Part shown: piece by piece, positions 11,549 through 24,930 of the stretch
Layout of the letters: the number at the start of each line of letters is the position of its first letter
Position numbering within the stretch: position 1 is the first letter of the stretch
Source: Callorhinchus milii
Lineage: Eukaryota
Direction: 5' to 3'
Length of the DNA stretch: 64,000 nucleotides
Assembly: GCF_018977255.1 (NCBI RefSeq)
Contig: NW_024704760.1
Coordinates: 310,001-374,000 of the forward strand
Program-made: the position numbers and the translations under genes
The notes under the pieces: model-generated
Database searches by the model: none
What the model saw: the letters and a program-made list of their open reading frames with translations, nothing else
Told to the model about the DNA's origin: nothing

Positions 11549-14174
11549 ATATTATTTCACTGTTTGGGGGACATTGCTGGGCTTAAATTGGCTTCCTCAT
11601 TTGTTTACAAAGTACGCAGTGAATTCTGTGAAGCATTTTGAGTTGTGTGTGTGTGTGTCTGTGTTCAGGCATGGTATGAAACGTAAGGAATTTATAAATT
11701 TCTTGTTGGAGATAGAGGCGAGTGAAGGTGTGAGGCGGACAGTTGGAGATAGAGAAACCGTGGGACTGAGACAGATGTGTAAATAAGACGTGAGGACAAG
11801 AGATAAAAGGTCTCCAAGTTCAGCTGATTCCCAGCTGTTCAATAAGCGGCACAGAAACAGCACAGATGTAGCCATCGCTGAGCACAGCACCTCCCGCTGT
11901 GTCTGCAGCTGTGTGTGTGAATGTACGTGTGGGTGTGTGTGTGTGTTACAATGTGCGGGGGTGTGGGGGGGTGTGGGGGGGAGCTTATATTGTGTTGTTG
12001 GATTCAGACAGATGAAATGAAGATGAAAATTCCGCTGATCTCCACTCGGCCAGGCACCCCACATGCCATCTAACACCATCCCGGCAAAGGCAGAGTAAAT
12101 ATAGCCCATTGGTCATATTCAGCTATGAGCTGAATTCAGTCCCCAGAACACAGAGGGTATTGCAGTGCTGGCAGGACTGGGACAGAGATTAGTACAGAGA
12201 AACAGAGGGAGAGAGAGAGATACAGAGGGAGGGAAAGAGACAGAGAGAGGGAGAGAGAGATTAGGACAGAGACAAAGAGGGAGAGATTGAGAGAGGACAC
12301 AAGCAACACAGCAACAACAACTTGCATTTTACACAGCGCTCCTCACGCAGGGGAGCATCCCAGAGCGCTCGACAGTGACAGAGCACGACACCGAGCCGGA
12401 GGATGTGTGTGTGTGTGTGTGGGGAAGGGGGCAGTGAGGGTGTGTGTGTGAGTGCGGGGCGAGGGGGAGGCAGTGAGGGTGGTGGGGGCTTGTTGTTCAC
12501 ATGCTGTCAGGGCAGCCTGAGCTGAGATTGCGTCACTGCCGTCTGGCAGGGGCTATAGCCAGAGTCCGTGGGGAGTCAGGAATTGGGGACTGTGGGAGCT
12601 CAGAGACATTGTGTGGCTGACACAGAGCAAGAGGCGGCCTGGGGGCTGGTCACTGTCCATCACACCGAGAACCAACCTCAACAAGCACATCTGAACCCGT
12701 TTCCCAATGCCTCCCAATGGCTCTTCCTGGGCGGGGAAAACAGAAAGGTTTTCTCAAAATGTGAGTGGGTGTGAGGGTGGAGAGAGGGTGTGGGTGTGAG
12801 GGTGGAGAGAGGGTATGGGTGTGAGGGTGTGTGTAAAGGCTGGAGTGAGTGTGAAATGGGTGTGAGGGGGTGCACAAAATACACAGTTACTTTTTAAAGT
12901 AAAAATAATTCCTGCAAGGTGCTTTGCGGTGTCTTGACTTGGTGCTAGGAGCTGCTTCAAACGCAAGGATTATTCCCCCAATTCCCTCTGCTCCGAGGCT
13001 CAGCTCCCCAGTGTAAAGAACAGCCGACACATGTCAACACGGGAAAGTCAGTCAACAGGAATCTCTTGCTTAACGTCCTGGCTTCTGAGCGGGGCCATCG
13101 CGGACTAAACATGGCCTTTAGAGTTTACACATCACATTGTCCGAGTTCTTGGAATATCCTCAGGGACCCGGGAAGCCAACAGTTCCCACCCGAGCTGTGT
13201 GCAAGTGCGGAGCCACGCAGTTTACATGTTTAGATTCATTCAAGCTTTTAATTGCTGCGGTTAGCGTTTCTGCTTTGAACTCCACCAGGGAACGTGACAT
13301 TAACGTCAGGAGCTTTAAGTTCTTAAGAGGACAGACTATGAAAGCCCTTCAAAGCCCATTTTGGTTAACCCTTTAGCTGCTGTGAGGGTCCCTGCCCCCC
13401 AGCCTGGGGTCCCCGTGCTTACATTCTGACAATTTCCTCCAATTCCTTGAGTCTCCACCAAAAACACTGGGATGTGTTCCAGTGCCTGTAGGCTGGGAAC
13501 ATTGGCTTTGCTCTGTTACACCAGTGACTGACTCGGGAGCGAAGCTTATTGCATTGACTGGGATGGAAAGGTCGAAAGAACTTAATTTTCCCAACATGAA
13601 AATATGTAAATTGTTGTTAATTCAGCAGGAAATACAGGTTCACCTGCAGCACAGCTTAGCTTGAAGGACTGTGCGTGTGAGTGAGCGAGTGATGAGGGTT
13701 AGGGTTAGGTGTCCCGGCTGACAATCCCCCCAGATAAAATCATTCACTGACTTCATGGTTGTCTGGGACGTTGTTGTGCACAAATGACTGCTGCGCTTGC
13801 CTAAAAATTAGTCACTGCACAATTTCTGTGAAGCTCTTTGAGATGTTTTGAATATAAGACAAGACACTGTGTCAAGTGCAAGAGTTGTTATTCTTGAATT
13901 GCTTTCCTTTATGTGGAAGGTGGTACGTCAACAAAGATAATATGTGATTATTATATTGAGTTTTGAGAGATACATTCTGTTCTGCGCTCAGATAGAGAAA
14001 TCTGCTAGTCCTTGTCTGAGATGTGGCTATTGAAGTAGTTTAGTGTCTGCACAGGTGTCTGTCTGTCAGTCTCACTCTGTCTGTCTCTCTCACTCTCTCT
14101 GTCTATCTGTGTCCCTCACTTTCTCTGTTTGTCTGTGTCCTTCACACTCTCTCTCTCTCTCTATCTGTCCCTCA

Positions 14175-14212
<38 letters not shown>

Positions 14213-15544
14213 GTCCCTCACTCTCTCTGTCTGGCTGTGTGTCTCTGTCTGTCTGTGTAACTGTGTAATGAGAGATTGACGCTCTATTCCCTAACCCACT
14301 AAACTCCTGTTTTCTGTGCGTTAGTTTGGTCGTTGATTCATGTACTCACCGGACACTCTCCCCGTGCCTGTGAAGTCCGTGCTGAGCCCAGAGTGAGAGA
14401 GCGAGTGAGAGAGCGAGAGAGTGAGTGAGGCTCTATGCTGGACGGATGACTGCACAGATTCACATTAATCACAGCAAAGCCACCGGTATTAGTCATAAAC
14501 TTAACAAAAGGTCAGAAACAATGCGACAACTAAAAATACCACATTGCCCAGCAGGCTGCTGCATGGTGTTCAGTTACTGCCCCCCTCTCTGACTCCCACA
14601 CACACCTCGCTCCCCCTACACCTCACTCCCCAGAATTACACACACAGCAGAGCAGTGCCCCTCCCTCCCCCCCCGGCCGAGAGCTGTTGCTGTGTGTGTT
14701 CACTGTCAAGACATTGCAGCCATCGTGTAGATGGAAGGTTGCCAATTCAGTGGAGCGTCTGACACAGGATGAACAAACGGCTCAAACTGATCACCAACGT
14801 TTTCCTGGGTTCTCTGTCCTGTTAACTCTTTCTGTACGTAAACCTGTTTCTCCTAATCTCTGGCTTTGGCCTTTGAGGAGATGATGTGAGGTCGATGCTG
14901 CCCAATTAGTGACTCACTGACCAGTGGCAATAGCTGCTCCGTTTACCTTCCTCTGTAAACCCAGGGGATGTGCCTGACCCTGTGCGCGCTGTGGGGGGAT
15001 TTGTAGTGTGTAAGGATTGTGTGTTGAGGGTTGAGTGTCTGGGAGTGTCGCTCAGTGTGGAATGGGAGCGTGTGACAGGCTCGGCTGCCAGCGGCCCCTA
15101 ATCCTGCAGCTGCTCCTCCCTATCTGATCATCCCGAGATGTTAGCCCAGCCGGCACCTTCCCTTCTCTTCCCTTTCCTGCTCGTGTTAAGATTATCTCAT
15201 CCCTCAGACCAGCAGCTCAGAACAATCTGAGGTCATTCAGTGTCTGTCGGCCCGGCTCACAGCCTGACCAGTGTGTGTGTGTGGTCTAGGCTGACCCTCA
15301 GTGACGGTGCTGGGGGAAGTGCTGCATTGTCAGAGGTGTCCTTCAGATGAGACGTCATGTGAGGGTTGTTGTGGGCCCAGCGAGTGTGGGTCAAACATTG
15401 GCACTGATAGAACAGGGAGGGTTTAGCACCTTCCAAAGTGCGTCGCTGGGAGCGAGGGGAAGGGGCAGCAAGTGATAAAATGTTGACGTTACCCAGCAAC
15501 TCTCTGCTCTGGGTGCCCTCTCCTCAGGGGCCTCTTATACCTCA

Positions 15545-15660
15545 CACTGACCACACTCCAGAGGGTGTGCCCCACACCGACCACACCTCAGAGGGTGTGG
15601 CCCACACCTCAGAGGGTGTGGCCCACACCCACGAGGGTGTGGCCCACACCGACCACACCC
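15545..15660. repeat. Short tandem repeat gagggtgtggcccacac(cgaccacac)ctca
   Basis: About 4 variable units, directly visible. Confidence 0.85.
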
Positions 15661-17764
15661 AGATGTTAACCAGGACATTATTCTACACAAAATGGCTGCT
15701 CTAAAGGAGGAAATCTCAAAAGATGAATGAGACACAGTAAGTCTGAGCTCCTTCACTGTATATTTACAATTATTTGTCTCTTTATAGACGAGTGGTCTGT
15801 AATTAGTAAACTAGACATGACCTCACTACATAGTCAATCTGAGACCATAAGTTCCACCTCGTCCTAGCCTGTGATGCAATTGTGACAATGTTAAAAATCA
15901 GCCAAGGTTGTGGCCAATTTTTCACTTCCTTCCCAATTTGTCAGTTGGGTTTCAGGTCTTTTATAAAGACACCGGATTCTGGTTTCAGTCCATCCTGTAA
16001 TAAGCCCCGCCGCAGCCTTGTGACCATCACCTGTCAGATCCTGTGACAGTTTAGAGATTTCTGATTTTGTGAGATTCTGCTCTGGGCACCATTACTGACT
16101 GCACTGTATTTGGTGATCATGGGCTGGGGGTCGGGGGCTGGGGGACAATGTCCAGAAGCTCAGACCTGGGGGGCAGTGAATAGACTCGAGCCACTGCTTA
16201 GAGAACATGCCGCACAACATGTCAACTCAACTTGAAATCTGGCTCTCAGTCAAGGCTTTAAGTTGTACAAGATGGAGATCTATTGATGGAGGTCAGTCCA
16301 GCATGACTTGACCCAACCGCATGTCACACCGATCCTCTCCTCTCGTCACTGGCTTTTACTAGCTTCAATTATTCTTAATCACAAAAAGGTTTTAATCAAA
16401 TGTGAAGAGGATTGTTTGATTTTCGCTGGTAACTGTGTCCAAGTGGCCGACAGGCAACTCATAGCTGAGACCTGCATAAAACACCTGTGGTTAAGGTGGC
16501 GGGTTGGTGGGGGGGGTGTGGGGTGAGGTTAAGTTGGGGGTCTTGAGGTGGGTGGAGGTTGGGTGGGGGGGGCTGGTTGAGGTGGGGGGGCAGGTTGAGG
16601 TGGGGGGCTGGTTGGGTGGGGGTCAGGTTGAGGTGGGGGGGCTGGTTGGGTGGGGGGCTGGTTGGGCGTGGGTCAGGCTGAGATACAGAAGGGCAGTGGA
16701 TGGAACAAGCTGATCTGCCTGTGACAGATGTTGTCTCCCTTGTGATTGCCGTTTGGCTAAATGTGCCGGGGATTTATGTGAAACCTTCACATCTCCCAAC
16801 ACGAGGAAACCTCTGGCTTTGGCTCTAATGGTGCCGTTTGTACAGATCTCAGTCCCGGTGGAATTGTTAGTAAAGTATAAATAACATCTCTCATTTAATG
16901 CCATGTTAGTGCTGTTTTACAGGGCGGAGCAGCACCTATTAGTTGTGTTAGGAGCCTCGTAGGGACAGTCACTGGAGAGCGAGATGTTCCCACGTTCCTG
17001 TCGGGTCGATTTACAGTGTGTGTGTGTGTGTGTGTGTGAGGCAATGGCTTCCCCACTCGCTGTGTTAACATCTCTGATCCCACATTCAGCAGAAGATCTC
17101 TCGCTGTTTGTCACTGAGACTGTTACAGGAACAGCACAGAAGGTGACCATTTAGCCCCCGGTGTGTGTTATATCAAACCTTACATTTTTCACATCGGGAG
17201 CGAGTCTCAAAGTGCTTCATGGGATTTACCACAAAGTGTAGTGACTGTCCAGTTTGTAGGCTAATGCAGCAGATGTTTGTACACAACAACATCACACAAA
17301 CAGCCATGAAGTCAGCAACTGATTTTGCCTGGGGATTGTCAGCCAGGACACTGAGAGAGAGAAACTCCTCTCCCCGATTCCTGTGCTGATGACCCTGTGC
17401 GGAGTCTGTGGCTGTGGCTGAGGCACCACTCTCGGCTTTACTGGTTATAGGTAACTATATATATATATATATATACAGCCACAGATTGTCAGACACGGGC
17501 TGATTGTGCCAGTGACAGACTTGGGTCCCCTCTGGCTGACTGTTTCTTGGACAGAACTTTATTTATACAATTCCTGCCTGAACAAAACAGTAAATAAACA
17601 ACCGAAAAAATGAAACTGGAGGAACCACAGTGTCCGTTGGCCTGTTCCCACAGTGGTGGGGACGCGGGGGAGGGGTGTGAGACAGTGATGAGGAGGAGAA
17701 ACTTTCACTTATATCCATAACCCGCTTTTTAATAACTTTCTTTTGGTGGGGATACAGCACAGAT

Positions 17765-17935
17765 TAGAGACACAGTAAAGCTCCCTCTACATTGTGCGTC
17801 TGTCCACACTCCCAGGTCAGGGTTAGAGACACAGTAAAGCTCCCTCTACACTGTGCGTCCACACTCCCAGGTCAGGGTTAGAGACACAGTAAAGCTCCTC
17901 TACACTGTGCGTCCACACTCCCAGGTCAGTGATAG
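17765..17935 (-). repeat. Dispersed ~54-bp minisatellite, locus 2 (inverted)
   Basis: ttagagacacagtaaagctccctctacactgtgcgtccacactcccaggtcagg x3, the reverse complement of the unit at 9815 and 23365. Confidence 0.9.
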
Positions 17936-18089
17936 TGCTGGTTAGAGACAGAGTAGAGCCCCTATGAGACTAAAGGGGAAGGTGGTTCCACTGAACAACT
18001 GTCAGTCAGTGAGACCCTCTTGATGTTCCAGCCGCACTTGTTCAATGATATTTTTCACTTTAAATTTCTCATCTCTAATCCTGAGGACG

Positions 18090-18600
18090 TGTGTGAGTGA
18101 GTGTGTGCTTCCTTGCTTGTATGTGGTACGTTTTGTGTGTGAGTGCGAGTGTGCGTGTCTCTGCTTGTATGTGGTACGTTTTGTGTGTGAGTGCGAGTGT
18201 GCGTGTCTCTGCTTGTGTGTATGGTACGTTTGTGTGAGTGCGAGTGTGCGTGTCTCTGCTCGTGTGTGTGGTACGTGGTGTGTGTGTGAGTGTGCGTGTC
18301 TCTGCTTGTGTGTGTGGTCAGGGTGTGTGTGTGAGTGTGTGTGTCTCTGCTCGTGTGTGTGGTCATGGTGTGTGTGTGAGTGTGCGTGTCTGTGCTCGTG
18401 TGTGTGGTCGTGGTGTGTGTGTGTGAGTGCGCGTGTCTCTGCTCGTGTGTGTGGTCGTGGTGAGTGTGCGTGTCTCTGCTCGTGTGTGTGATCGTTGTGA
18501 GTGTGTGAGTGTGCGTGTGTCTGCTCGTGTGTGTGGTACGTGGTGTGAGTGTGCATGTCTCTGCTCGTGTGTGTGGTACGTGGTGTGTGTCTGTGTGCGA
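18090..18600. repeat. ~40-43-bp GT-rich minisatellite
   Basis: Unit approximately gtgtgtgagtgtgcgtgtctctgctcgtgtgtgtggtacgtg. Confidence 0.9.
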
Positions 18601-19929
18601 GCAAGCACGTGAGTGAGTATGTGTCTTCAAAATGTAATTTATACAAAGAAATATTTATTTGCCGGGAGACGACCTTCCGTGACACAAGTGGATCTGACAA
18701 TGGAAAAGATGCAACAGAAGATGTTGCTGTAATAACTCATCGCGTTGCACAGTGGACAGATCCTAGCGAGGCAGGCCAGGCGGGCGTCACTGAGCCAGTA
18801 CTGCTGCTCCACTGTTTTCAGGCCCGGTCAGAGGTGACTTTTGCTATCATTAATCCACTTTGTTGTTGTGTTGTTCAGCAGGGAGCAAAGGGGGGGGTGT
18901 GGGGTGGTGCGGAATGGGGGAATGCTGGCTACGTTTCCAGATACTGAACTCCAGTTTGCGGATGTTTAACCCCTTCTGGGTCCCGCTCCCTCGCAATGCC
19001 AGGTCTTTGCTCGATCACCGGGCACTGATTACAGGAAACGTTTCCACTTTATGTCGCTTCTGTTTTGGTCGCGTCACATTACCGAACTGTCACTGAGCCC
19101 CCCCCCCCCCCCCGTCCCAGCGCCCCACACACTTAACAACAACAACACAGCGCTGGGGGGGGTTTGTAGAGAGAAAGAGTCAGAGACTCCGTCCTTTGGT
19201 TCAGGTGTCAAGCTGAGCTCTGTGTCTGTGCCCTGTTTCAGGCAGATGTTAAGGATCTTGCGGTACTATTGGAAAAGAGAAAAGCATTTCTTTTTCTTTA
19301 TCTCACTCTCTCTCGCTCGCACTCTCTCGGTGTCCTGGCCAACAATCACCACCGCTGATATCACTCATTAACTTCAAGATTGTTTGTCGGACGGCGCTCT
19401 GTGCAAGTTGGCTGCCACGTTCGCCCACAAAATATACCTACAATCTTTGTGCTGTACAGTGAGGACGTGTGAGACATTACAGGTGCTGCAGTGAGCGTGA
19501 GGATTATTATTGTCCACTTGAGGGGCAGGTTTCCTTTCCGCACGGATAGGGATCAGGGTTCAGACAGGACTTGAACTTGGACTCAGCTCGATGCCGCATA
19601 CAGACATGCAGCAAAGCCTGAGATCTCTCAGCTGTCCCCCCCCCACCCCCGCCATCACACGCACAGCGTCCACAGCCAGCACATGTCCCTCTCTGCCCCC
19701 TCTTGTGTGTGCGTCTGTCTGTCTCCTGTTTCTCTTTCCCTCCCTCTCTCCTCTCCACTCTATTGGATCAGAACGGTTACAAAGGGGCCATGACACCAGC
19801 AGAACCTCCATTCTCTTTCCCAAGGCTCAGATGAGACCGTGGTTTAATATCCCACCCAAAGACTGTGTTTGATAATGCAGTGCTCCCACCCTCCTCCTCC
19901 CAACACCTTCACAGCCCTCAGCTCCATAG

Positions 19930-20110
19930 AGTGTGAGAGAGTGTGAAAGAGAGCGTGTGAGACTGTGAGAGAGAGAGAGCGTGTGAGACTGTGAGAGAGA
20001 GAAAGAGAGCGTGTGAGACTGAGAGAGAGCGTGTGAGACTGTGAGAGAGAGAAAGAGAGCGTGTGAGACTGAGAGAGAGAGAGAGAGAGAGCGTGTGAGA
20101 CTGAGAGAGA
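19930..20110. repeat. (GA)-rich minisatellite gagagagcgtgtgagactgt
   Basis: About 6 visible units. Confidence 0.85.
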
Positions 20111-21829
20111 GGGAGCTTGTGGCACCTACATTTACCTCCATTAAAAGATATTAAAGTTTAATATTGGGAAGTAAAAGTAAACTCTAATTTGACTTTGGCG
20201 CACAGTTACTGCGGCTTCGGCTCCTGAGCTGACAGATTGACATGTTTGATATCCCGGCCAACACTTGCACCTTTTCCTGGTCTCAGACCAAAAATACCTT
20301 TGTTCAGAATTGTTTTGCGATTAAAGATGTGGAGGGATCTGGCTGGCTAGGTGGGTGGGTGGTGAGTGTGTGCGTGTGTGTGTGTGTCTACGTGTGTGTG
20401 GGTGGGAATCCCTCTCAGGCTGTTTCCTGGGAGCGATGTTAATAATAATAATAATCCTCGCATTTGATACAGCGCCTTATCACGTCTTCGAAACATCTCA
20501 AAGTGCTTCACAGAATAGACCGTAAAGTGGAGTGACTGCGTGTTTGGTGTGCAAACTTTCTGATTGTGTGACATTTCACAGTGTAACTGAATCTAACAGC
20601 AACCTCAGCTGGGTGGGGGAGAGGGAAGGGAGGGGGGAGGGGCTGGGGGTGGTGGTGGGGTAAGTCCATGTGCTGACATGCCTGCCATCAGATGACAAAT
20701 TGCCCAGCTGAAAATCCACGTTCACCTGATTTAAAACAGGGTCCGCCTTTGACATGAAATGTGGTTTCGTACAGGAACGTGTAGTTTTCGGAGCCGGGAC
20801 CAGAAACCAGACAAAGGTTTGTGAATGGTTAACAGAATGGCATCTGCACCTGATTTAAAGGTAGTCCTCAGTCTGGCACTAGCCTTCTGAAGGCTCCGCA
20901 AATGTTTGTGCGCCACGCTCACATCTGCAGCCCTGATGTGAGATTCTGGCAGAGCTGACCCATTGTCCCAACCAAATCCTTGACATTAATTGTTATTGGA
21001 ATCAGTGCCCAGAGCTGTGTATAGCCAGCCTGCAACCTACCCCAGTCACTGTGTGGTTTGGGCATCAGAGAGACAGAGAAACGCACACACACGGAGCAGG
21101 AGAGAGAGACGGAGACAGAGATACACTTACACAGAGAGGGGAGAGAGAGGCAGAGAAGATAAATGAATAGTAGAGAGAGATGGAGACAGACAGCAAAAAG
21201 TCCCCTTCAACAGGAGTGGAGGAGGAGAAGAGAGGCACAATAGTGATTTTTTTTTCCGAGCTAGGCTAAAGTATTCTGTTATTTCCCTGATTGATTTAAG
21301 TTTTTTCAATAAACCCGTCGCTGAATTCAAATGATCATTGAAGCTACGAGAGAGAGAGAGGTGGGGGGAGGGTAGAGAGTGTGTGAGGGAGAGAGAGAAA
21401 ATGAGTCTCACACTGTAATATTGAGTGGCTTTAGTTTCTCTCCCAAGTGGGTCGGAATAACCTGGAGTGACCGAGGCTGGGAGCAGTAATTACAGATAAA
21501 ATGAAGGCAGATGTTCGGAGCCTGAGTCCAGCTGTGCTATGCTCACTTGCTGTGTACCTGCTCGGTCACTGTGTGACACAGTGACCAGTGCAGCACGGGA
21601 ACGCACATGTGCGTGTGTGTGATCGCTCGCACGCTCGCTCGCTCACACTGTAGCTGACGTGACATAGGAACGTGAAGGTTTAAAGACGTCTTGACAACGT
21701 GATAAGGTGCTATATCAAATGCGAGGATTATTATTATTCACATTATTAATATTATATTAAAGATATCGGGGATCAGTGATGTGCGGCTGTTATAACTTCT
21801 CGTGATAATTGTCACAGATTGTAGCCTAT

Positions 21830-22440
21830 TGTCTTCAGAACGCTACAGTGCGTTCCGCTCACCAAGGCCACACGCCTCGAGCTATACTCATACAGGTCTT
21901 CATTACAACTAGGCTCGACTATGCTAATGCTCCGCTTGACGCCCTCCCCAACTCCTCCCTCCACAAACAGCAGATCATCCAGAACTCTGCAGCTCGTGTC
22001 CTCTCCCCCACCAGGTTCTGTGACCCCATCACCCCCATCCTCGCCCGGCTCCACTGACTCCCCATCCCTCAGAGGATCGAGTTCAAAATTCTTGTTCTCA
22101 TCTTCGAGGCCCTCCATGGCCTTGCCTCTCCGACCTGGTAACCCCCTTATCAACCTGTCTGCCCCCTCCGCTCAGCAGGCTCCAGCCTGCTCCATATCCC
22201 CCTCCCGGCCCACCCCACCTTCAGCGGTCAGGCCTTCAGCCTCTCTGGAACCCCAACCCACAGTCTCGCCGCCTCGTTCGCTCCCTTGCCTCCTTCAAGG
22301 CACTCTCAAGACCCTCCTCTTCCATCGTGCCTTCAGTCACCCCCCCCCATCCTCTCTGCCCTCCACCCCTTCTGACTGTTCAGCGCTTGGGATGTCCTCC
22401 CAACGTGAAAGGCGTTTACAATTGTAATTTGGTATTGTAT
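21830..22440 (+). mobile_element. L2-clade LINE 3' fragment (RT C-terminus plus 3' UTR)
   Basis: LIQVFITTRLDYANA..LPNSSLHKQQIIQNSAARVL..DPITPILARLH*LPIPQRIEFKILVL is the L2 SRLDYxN...LHWLP...FK motif, here with a stop. Tail cagcgcttgggatgtcctcccaacgtgaaaggcg. Confidence 0.9.
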
Positions 22441-23364
22441 ACTCAGAATGGCTGCTACACTTACCATAAAGATACACAGTCACTACACTCGGCAACTGGT
22501 TACCTGTCAAGCCTTCACTTCACTTTACAGTACAGTCACTGAGGTGGGGGTTGGGTGGGGGGTGCTGTGTGCCCACATACTGTCCTGCTCGGGCATTTCA
22601 CTGATCTCTAAATCTTTCGCTTTGTAGATGTAGTGACCTCAAAGCAAACCGCAAATCAAATCACGTTTCCAGATGTGTTTGTCCGTCCGTCTCTTCAGCA
22701 CAGGGATTGGTGTGAGCCCAGAGTATGTGTGTGTGTCTGTGCGGATGTGTGTGTGTGGGGGGGTGGGGCCGGGAAGTGGGGTAATTGCCTCGCAGATGTG
22801 AAGCTTTCTCTTTGATCGCACGAGGTAGAGAAGTAACTCACTGATTTATGAGTTCGCCGTGGAATGTGTTTGCGGCGTCGTTCTCCCTCCCCCTCGCCAC
22901 CCCCCACCTTGCCCCCCCACCCCCTCGCCCCTCTCCTCATTGCCCTCCACACCCCCACCCTACCGTGTGGAGTTTTACACAAGATTGGGTTGGATGTCTT
23001 TTACCCTTTTACCCATCCAACCTCATCCCTACAGGCACCCTCCTGACCGTCCCCCCATCGCACCATCCAACTACTTTGTAAATGAGTCCAGTGTCCTGGC
23101 CTCAACCCCCCTTTACTGACAACCTGTTCCAGTCATAAATTACCCTCGGAGTAAAGAAAATTTGCCTGGTGTCTGTTCTGAAATTGGCCCTTTGCAACTC
23201 TAAACCCTTTCAACTGTCTTATTGAATCCTAAAGTACTGTTCTGGGTTTATTGTTTCAATCCCATTTAAAATTTCATACTCAACGAGAACCCGTCTGAGA
23301 CACATTATCTCAGCACTGAAGAGCCCGCAGCTTGTCTAATCATTGCTCATAGCATGTGCTGTTA

Positions 23365-23555
23365 CTGACCTGGGAGTGTGGACGGAGAGTGTAGAGGGAG
23401 CTTTACTGTGTCTCTAACCCTGACCTGGGAGTGTGGACGCACAGTGTAGAGCTTTACTGTGTCTCTAACCCTGACCTGGGAGTGTGGACGCACAGTGTAG
23501 AGGAGCTTTACTGTGTCTCTAACCCTGACCTGGGAGTGTGGACGCACAGTGTAGA
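23365..23555 (+). repeat. Dispersed ~54-bp minisatellite, locus 3
   Basis: About 3.5 units of tgacctgggagtgtggacgcacagtgtagaggagctttactgtgtctctaaccc. Confidence 0.9.
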
Positions 23556-24669
23556 CGGATTAATGAACAGCACATTTAAAAAAAAAGTTTTGATATGGAA
23601 GTGGTTGAAGTTAAACCCATCAGATATAAACATGAGTGATTGTGAAATATCCTCAGTCACCGACGCAGGAACTGAGAAGAGAGACTGAAATCGGACCCAC
23701 ATTCACCAACTCAGTGCCAAACGGCTGATTGGGCCACCACATCACCATTTCCCATCCTGCTTGGATCAAAGCATTCCTCGCTCACAATCACCGTTACATT
23801 TGGGAGACCGTTACATAACTTTTACCTCAATTACCTTCCCTGGTGCCCTGCAGCTGTGGGCAGTTAGTGTTTGTTCTGCATCGCGTTTAATCTACAAACT
23901 GCAGGAAACGCACTGGGTTGTTCCCCGACCCCGCAAAGAGCAGCCGTCGTGGTTCCCCATTGCTCTCTCCCCACCTCTCGCTCAGCCCGAGACCGGGGAC
24001 ACCGAGAACCTGCCCTGACTTTCAGGTTGTATTTGGAGAGGAACGCTGCCTCCCCCTCGTGGACTTGTCTGGAGTTGCTCTTCAGAAGCTGAAATGATTT
24101 TCTGAGCTTGATTTCGGGGCAGTGTTTAGTAACGGGGGCGGGGGGGTGGGGGGGGAAGAGGGTTTGTCTGTGCATAAAACAGGAGGATGGGAATCTGCCT
24201 CCAGCAGTGAGAGTAGCCGACTACAATACAGGGTCTGCAGTTGGGATCTTTGGGCTGATTCCGGTGGCATTTTGCTTTGGAAACTTTTTAAGCCTCAGAG
24301 ACGCTGCCCCACGTGAAGCACTATATATATATATATATGTGTGTACATGTGTGCAAGTTATGGCTTAGAGAGGATTCCGGAGCAGCTTGGGGCTGGAGAT
24401 AGTCATCATCAGTGTCAGGAGATTTACACATCGCTGTGTTCTCTTACATGTGTGTGCATGTGTGCTCTTGCACATGGGCTCATCCACGCTCATATGTGTT
24501 TACAGATCACAGCTGTGTCAGAGGTGCCTGACACGGTGTTTGTCCAGGAGCAGAGAGCCGATGGTTGGTCAGGGACAGCTGAACCTGATCTCAGCCCAAC
24601 CCAGGCTGCCAACGCCTCTCTGTGCCAGTAGGGAGCGCTGTTTACTGCTGTTACCAAGTGTGTAAGAAT

Positions 24670-24930
24670 GATAATAATCCTGGCATCTGATCGGTCGCCA
24701 ACAACATCTTCGCAGGGAAACGTGTAGTGACTGTGTACTTTGTAAAGCGAGTGAGGCGGCCAATTTGCACGCAGCAATAGCCCTGAGGTGAACAAACCCA
24801 ATTATCTGGAGGATTGTCGGCTCGGACAGCCGGAGAGTCTTTGCCAATTGTCACCAGGGAGATGAGGTGGGATGTGAGTTTCGTGCCTCGTCTGAAGGAC
24901 GGTCCCTTTGACAATGCAGCCCTTCCCTGA
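24670..24930 (-). mobile_element. Old Deu-domain SINE fragment
   Basis: Minus strand has ctgcattgtcaaagggaccgtccttcagacgagg...ttgctgcgtgcaaattggccgcc...tacacagtcactacac...ccaggattattatc. Confidence 0.65.

Noticed and set aside
18002-18700. His/Thr-rich or Cys/Val-rich ORFs
   Set aside because: Products of a GT/CA minisatellite.
23365-23555. CRISPR-like regularly spaced repeats
   Set aside because: Units are head-to-tail with no unique spacers, there are no cas genes, and the context is vertebrate.
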